Shown piece by piece: positions 61,487 to 64,000 of a DNA stretch of 64,000 nucleotides (its first letter is position 1; each line of letters opens with the position of its first letter). Below the pieces are notes generated by a model. That model was given only the letters and a program-made list of their open reading frames with translations, had not been told where the DNA came from and did not search any database. This DNA comes from Escherichia phage CJY920. The stretch lies in sequence record PQ349265.1; one strand, given 5' to 3'. The translations under genes and the position numbers were made by a program.

Positions 61487-61566
61487 TGAGTAATTTCCAC
61501 AACGAACACGTGATGCAGTTCTATCGTAATAATCTTAAAACTAAAGGCGTCTTCGGACGCCAGTGA
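61486..61566 (+). CDS. stp: Stp peptide (26 aa)
   Basis: [26 protein letters not shown]; matches remembered T4 Stp; TAATG overlap with ndd. Confidence 0.8.
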
Positions 61567-61573
61567 GGAAAAT

Positions 61574-61729
61574 ATGAATATCGCAAAATTATTAGGAGTT
61601 ATTTCATTTATTTGTTGGATAGTAGCATGTGTTTTAACTATCTGTATTGATGTTAGCAATGTGTTTTCGCAAGCTTTAGCTCAGGGTATGTGTGCATATT
61701 TAACATTTGTGTTGTTATCTAATGATTAA
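61574..61729 (+). CDS. ac: Ac-like small membrane protein (51 aa)
   Basis: 51 aa hydrophobic ORF after stp, SD GAGGAAAAT. Confidence 0.55.
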   Translation: MNIAKLLGVISFICWIVACVLTICIDVSNVFSQALAQGMCAYLTFVLLSND

Positions 61730-61862
61730 GAAAATCTTGGGCTATTCATTAGCCCTTGCTATTTTATTGATAGCATTATATTACGGAATAATGTTCGGAT
61801 TAATTCAAGTCGTGCTTTTCATTTCTGATGTTATTATGGCACTACATTCACTAGTATGGTAA
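61722..61862 (+). CDS. small membrane peptide (46 aa)
   Basis: short hydrophobic ORF overlapping ac stop. Confidence 0.35.
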   Translation: MIKKILGYSLALAILLIALYYGIMFGLIQVVLFISDVIMALHSLVW

Positions 61863-61866
61863 ATTT

Positions 61867-63195
61867 ATGCAACTGAATAATCGTGATTTAAAAAGTATCA
61901 TTGATAATGAAGCATTGGCTTATGCTATGTACACGGTTGAAAATCGTGCCATTCCAAATATGATTGACGGATTTAAGCCAGTTCAACGATTTGTTATTGC
62001 TCGAGCTCTTGATTTGGCACGAGGAAATAAAGATAAGTTTCACAAACTAGCTTCTATCGCAGGTGGTGTAGCGGACCTTGGATATCATCATGGTGAAAAC
62101 TCTGCGCAAGACGCAGGTGCTTTGATGGCTAACACTTGGAATAATAACTTTCCTCTGTTAGACGGTCAAGGAAACTTTGGTTCTCGTACTGTCCAAAAGG
62201 CAGCAGCAAGTCGTTATATTTTTGCTCGTGTAAGTAAAAATTTCTATAGCGTATATAAAGATACTGAATATGCTCCGGTACATCAAGATAAAGAACACAT
62301 TCCGCCTGCTTTCTATTTGCCTATTATTCCTACTGTTCTTCTTAATGGCGTTTCCGGTATTGCAACTGGTTATGCAACTTACATTCTTCCTCATAGTGTT
62401 TCTTCTGTTAAGAAAGCTGTATTACAAGCTCTTCAAGGAAAGAAAGTAACTAAACCGAAGGTAGAATTCCCAGAATTTCGCGGTGAAGTCGTTGAAATTG
62501 ACGGTCAATATGAAATTCGTGGAACGTACAAGTTTACTTCACGAACTCAAATGAATATCACTGAGATTCCGTATAAGTATGATCGTGAAACTTACGTGAG
62601 TAAAATCTTAGACCCGCTTGAAGATAAAGGCTTCATTACATGGGATGATGCTTGCGGTGAGCATGGTTTTGGCTTTAAAGTTAAATTCCGCAAAGAATAT
62701 TCTTTGAGCGATAACGAAGAAGAACGCCATGCAAAAATCATGAAAGACTTCGGGTTGATTGAGCGTCGTTCCCAAAATATTACAGTCATCAACGAGAAAG
62801 GAAAGTTACAAGTTTACGATAACGTAGTTGATTTAATCAAAGACTTCGTTGAAGTTCGTAAAACTTATGTCCAAAAGCGAATTGATAACAAAATCAAAGA
62901 AACTGAATCAGCATTTCGTTTAGCCTTTGCCAAGGCACATTTCATTAAGAAAGTAATTTCAGGTGAAATTGTTGTGCAGGGTAAAACTCGCAAAGAACTG
63001 ACCGAAGAACTTTCTAAAATTGAGATGTATTCTTCTTATGTTGATAAACTAGTCGGAATGAATATTTTTCATATGACTTCTGATGAAGCAAAGAAACTTG
63101 CTGAAGAAGCTAAAGCTAAGAAAGAAGAAAACGAATATTGGAAAACTACTGATGTAGTTACAGAATACACCAAAGATTTAGAGGAAATCAAATGA
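61867..63195 (+). CDS. 52: topoisomerase II medium subunit gp52 (GyrA-like)
   Basis: 442 aa, GyrA/ParC N-terminal domain-like; synteny. Confidence 0.9.
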   Translation: MQLNNRDLKSIIDNEALAYAMYTVENRAIPNMIDGFKPVQRFVIARALDLARGNKDKFHKLASIAGGVADLGYHHGENSAQDAGALMANTWNNNFPLLDGQGNFGSRTVQKAAASRYIFARVSKNFYSVYKDTEYAPVHQDKEHIPPAFYLPIIPTVLLNGVSGIATGYATYILPHSVSSVKKAVLQALQGKKVTKPKVEFPEFRGEVVEIDGQYEIRGTYKFTSRTQMNITEIPYKYDRETYVSKILDPLEDKGFITWDDACGEHGFGFKVKFRKEYSLSDNEEERHAKIMKDFGLIERRSQNITVINEKGKLQVYDNVVDLIKDFVEVRKTYVQKRIDNKIKETESAFRLAFAKAHFIKKVISGEIVVQGKTRKELTEELSKIEMYSSYVDKLVGMNIFHMTSDEAKKLAEEAKAKKEENEYWKTTDVVTEYTKDLEEIK

Positions 63196-63341
63196 GTCCA
63201 TTCATTGGTATTACAAGTGCGGCGTTAGTATCTGGTAGCATTTTACTGGCGGGTTTAGGCGTTGTTCCAGCCGTAGCAGGAGGTCTTCTTGCGTTCGGCA
63301 TTCAACGTGTTATCATGACAGTTATCACAGTCATGCAGTAA
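63192..63341 (+). CDS. small membrane peptide (49 aa)
   Basis: short hydrophobic ORF, ATGA overlap with gene 52. Confidence 0.4.
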   Translation: MSPFIGITSAALVSGSILLAGLGVVPAVAGGLLAFGIQRVIMTVITVMQ

Positions 63342-63344
63342 TTT

Positions 63345-63374
63345 TAGGGAGAGCCGAGGCTCTCCCTTTTTTAT
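63345..63374 (+). terminator. intrinsic terminator hairpin plus T-run
   Basis: agggagagcc-gagg-ctctccct followed by ttttttatttc. Confidence 0.65.
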
Positions 63375-63396
63375 TTCAAAAATTTTTTCACAAAAC

Positions 63397-63426
63397 GGTT
63401 TACAACCAAAGCATACTGTGGTACTA
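63397..63426 (+). promoter_or_regulatory. early sigma70-type promoter
   Basis: GTTTAC -35, TACTAT -10. Confidence 0.5.
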
Positions 63427-63470
63427 TACAACTATCAAATACTGATACAGAATTACGGAGATTAGAAAAT
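63419..63470 (+). repeat. conserved promoter-leader repeat, copy D
   Basis: ggtactatacaactatcaaatactgatacagaattacggagattagaaaatg. Confidence 0.65.
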
Positions 63471-64000
63471 GTCTAAAGTAACTTACATCATCAAAGCTTC
63501 TAACGATGTTCTGAATGAAAAAACTGCTGCGATTTTAATTACCATTGCTAAGAAAGATTTCATTACAGCTGCAGAAGTTCGTGAGGTGCATCCAGATTTA
63601 GGTAATGCAGTAGTTAATAGTAATATTGGGGTATTGATTAAAAAAGGCCTAGTGGAGAAATCCGGTGATGGATTAATCATTACAGGTGAAGCTCAGGATA
63701 TTATTTCAAATGCGGCAACTTTATACGCACAGGAAAACGCTCCTGAACTGCTGAAAAAACGAGCAACTCGTAAAGCTCGCGAAATTACTTCTGATATGGA
63801 AGAAGATAAAGACTTCATGTTAAAACTTTTAGATGAAAATGGATTTGTTCTTAAAAAGGTTGAAACTTATCGTAGTAACTATCTCGCTATTTTAGAAAAA
63901 CGCACTCACGGAATTCGCAATTTTGAAATTAACAACAATGGAAATATGCGAATTTTTGGATACAAAATGATGGAACATCATATTCAGAAATTTACTGATA
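63468..64000 (+). CDS. motA: middle-transcription activator MotA (3' end truncated by window)
   Basis: MSKVTYIIKASNDVLNEKTAAILITIAKKDFITAAEVREVHPDLGNAV...; matches remembered T4 MotA; runs off window end. Confidence 0.85.

Overview
This window is a T4-like (Tevenvirinae) phage early/middle gene region, read almost entirely on the + strand. It is syntenic with the T4 segment rI - nrdC - 49 - 55 - alpha-gt - 47 - 46 - rpbA - 45 - 44 - 62 - regA - 43 - imm - 42 - uvsX - 40 - 41 - 61 - dam - 56 - soc - modB/modA - dda - dexA - motB - 39 - 60 - rIIA - rIIB - denB - ndd - stp - ac - 52 - motA. All assignments rest on my own recognition of protein sequences and motifs in the ORF track plus synteny; no database search or structure prediction was run. 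Coordinates of promoters, terminators and hairpins were indexed by hand and may be off by 1-2 nt. Most of the window is well-known T4 biology, so I did not find a clearly new system. The strongest candidate is an inserted module between gene 61 and dam: an antisense small membrane ORF plus a possible PD-(D/E)xK protein translationally coupled to dam. Other notable points are gene 60 with its 50-nt translational bypass gap, seven free-standing homing endonuclease genes (five Mob-type HNH, two Seg-type GIY-YIG), no nrdD at its syntenic position with only a truncated nrdG remnant, a glycosyltransferase unlike T4 beta-gt at the beta-gt locus, a third Mod-like ADP-ribosyltransferase paralog, and a frameshifted lipoprotein gene. 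Many sigma70-type early promoters (GTTTAC -35), a few MotA-box middle promoters, one late promoter (TATAAATA before soc) and UUCG-tetraloop hairpin terminators are present. No tRNA, rRNA or CRISPR array was seen.
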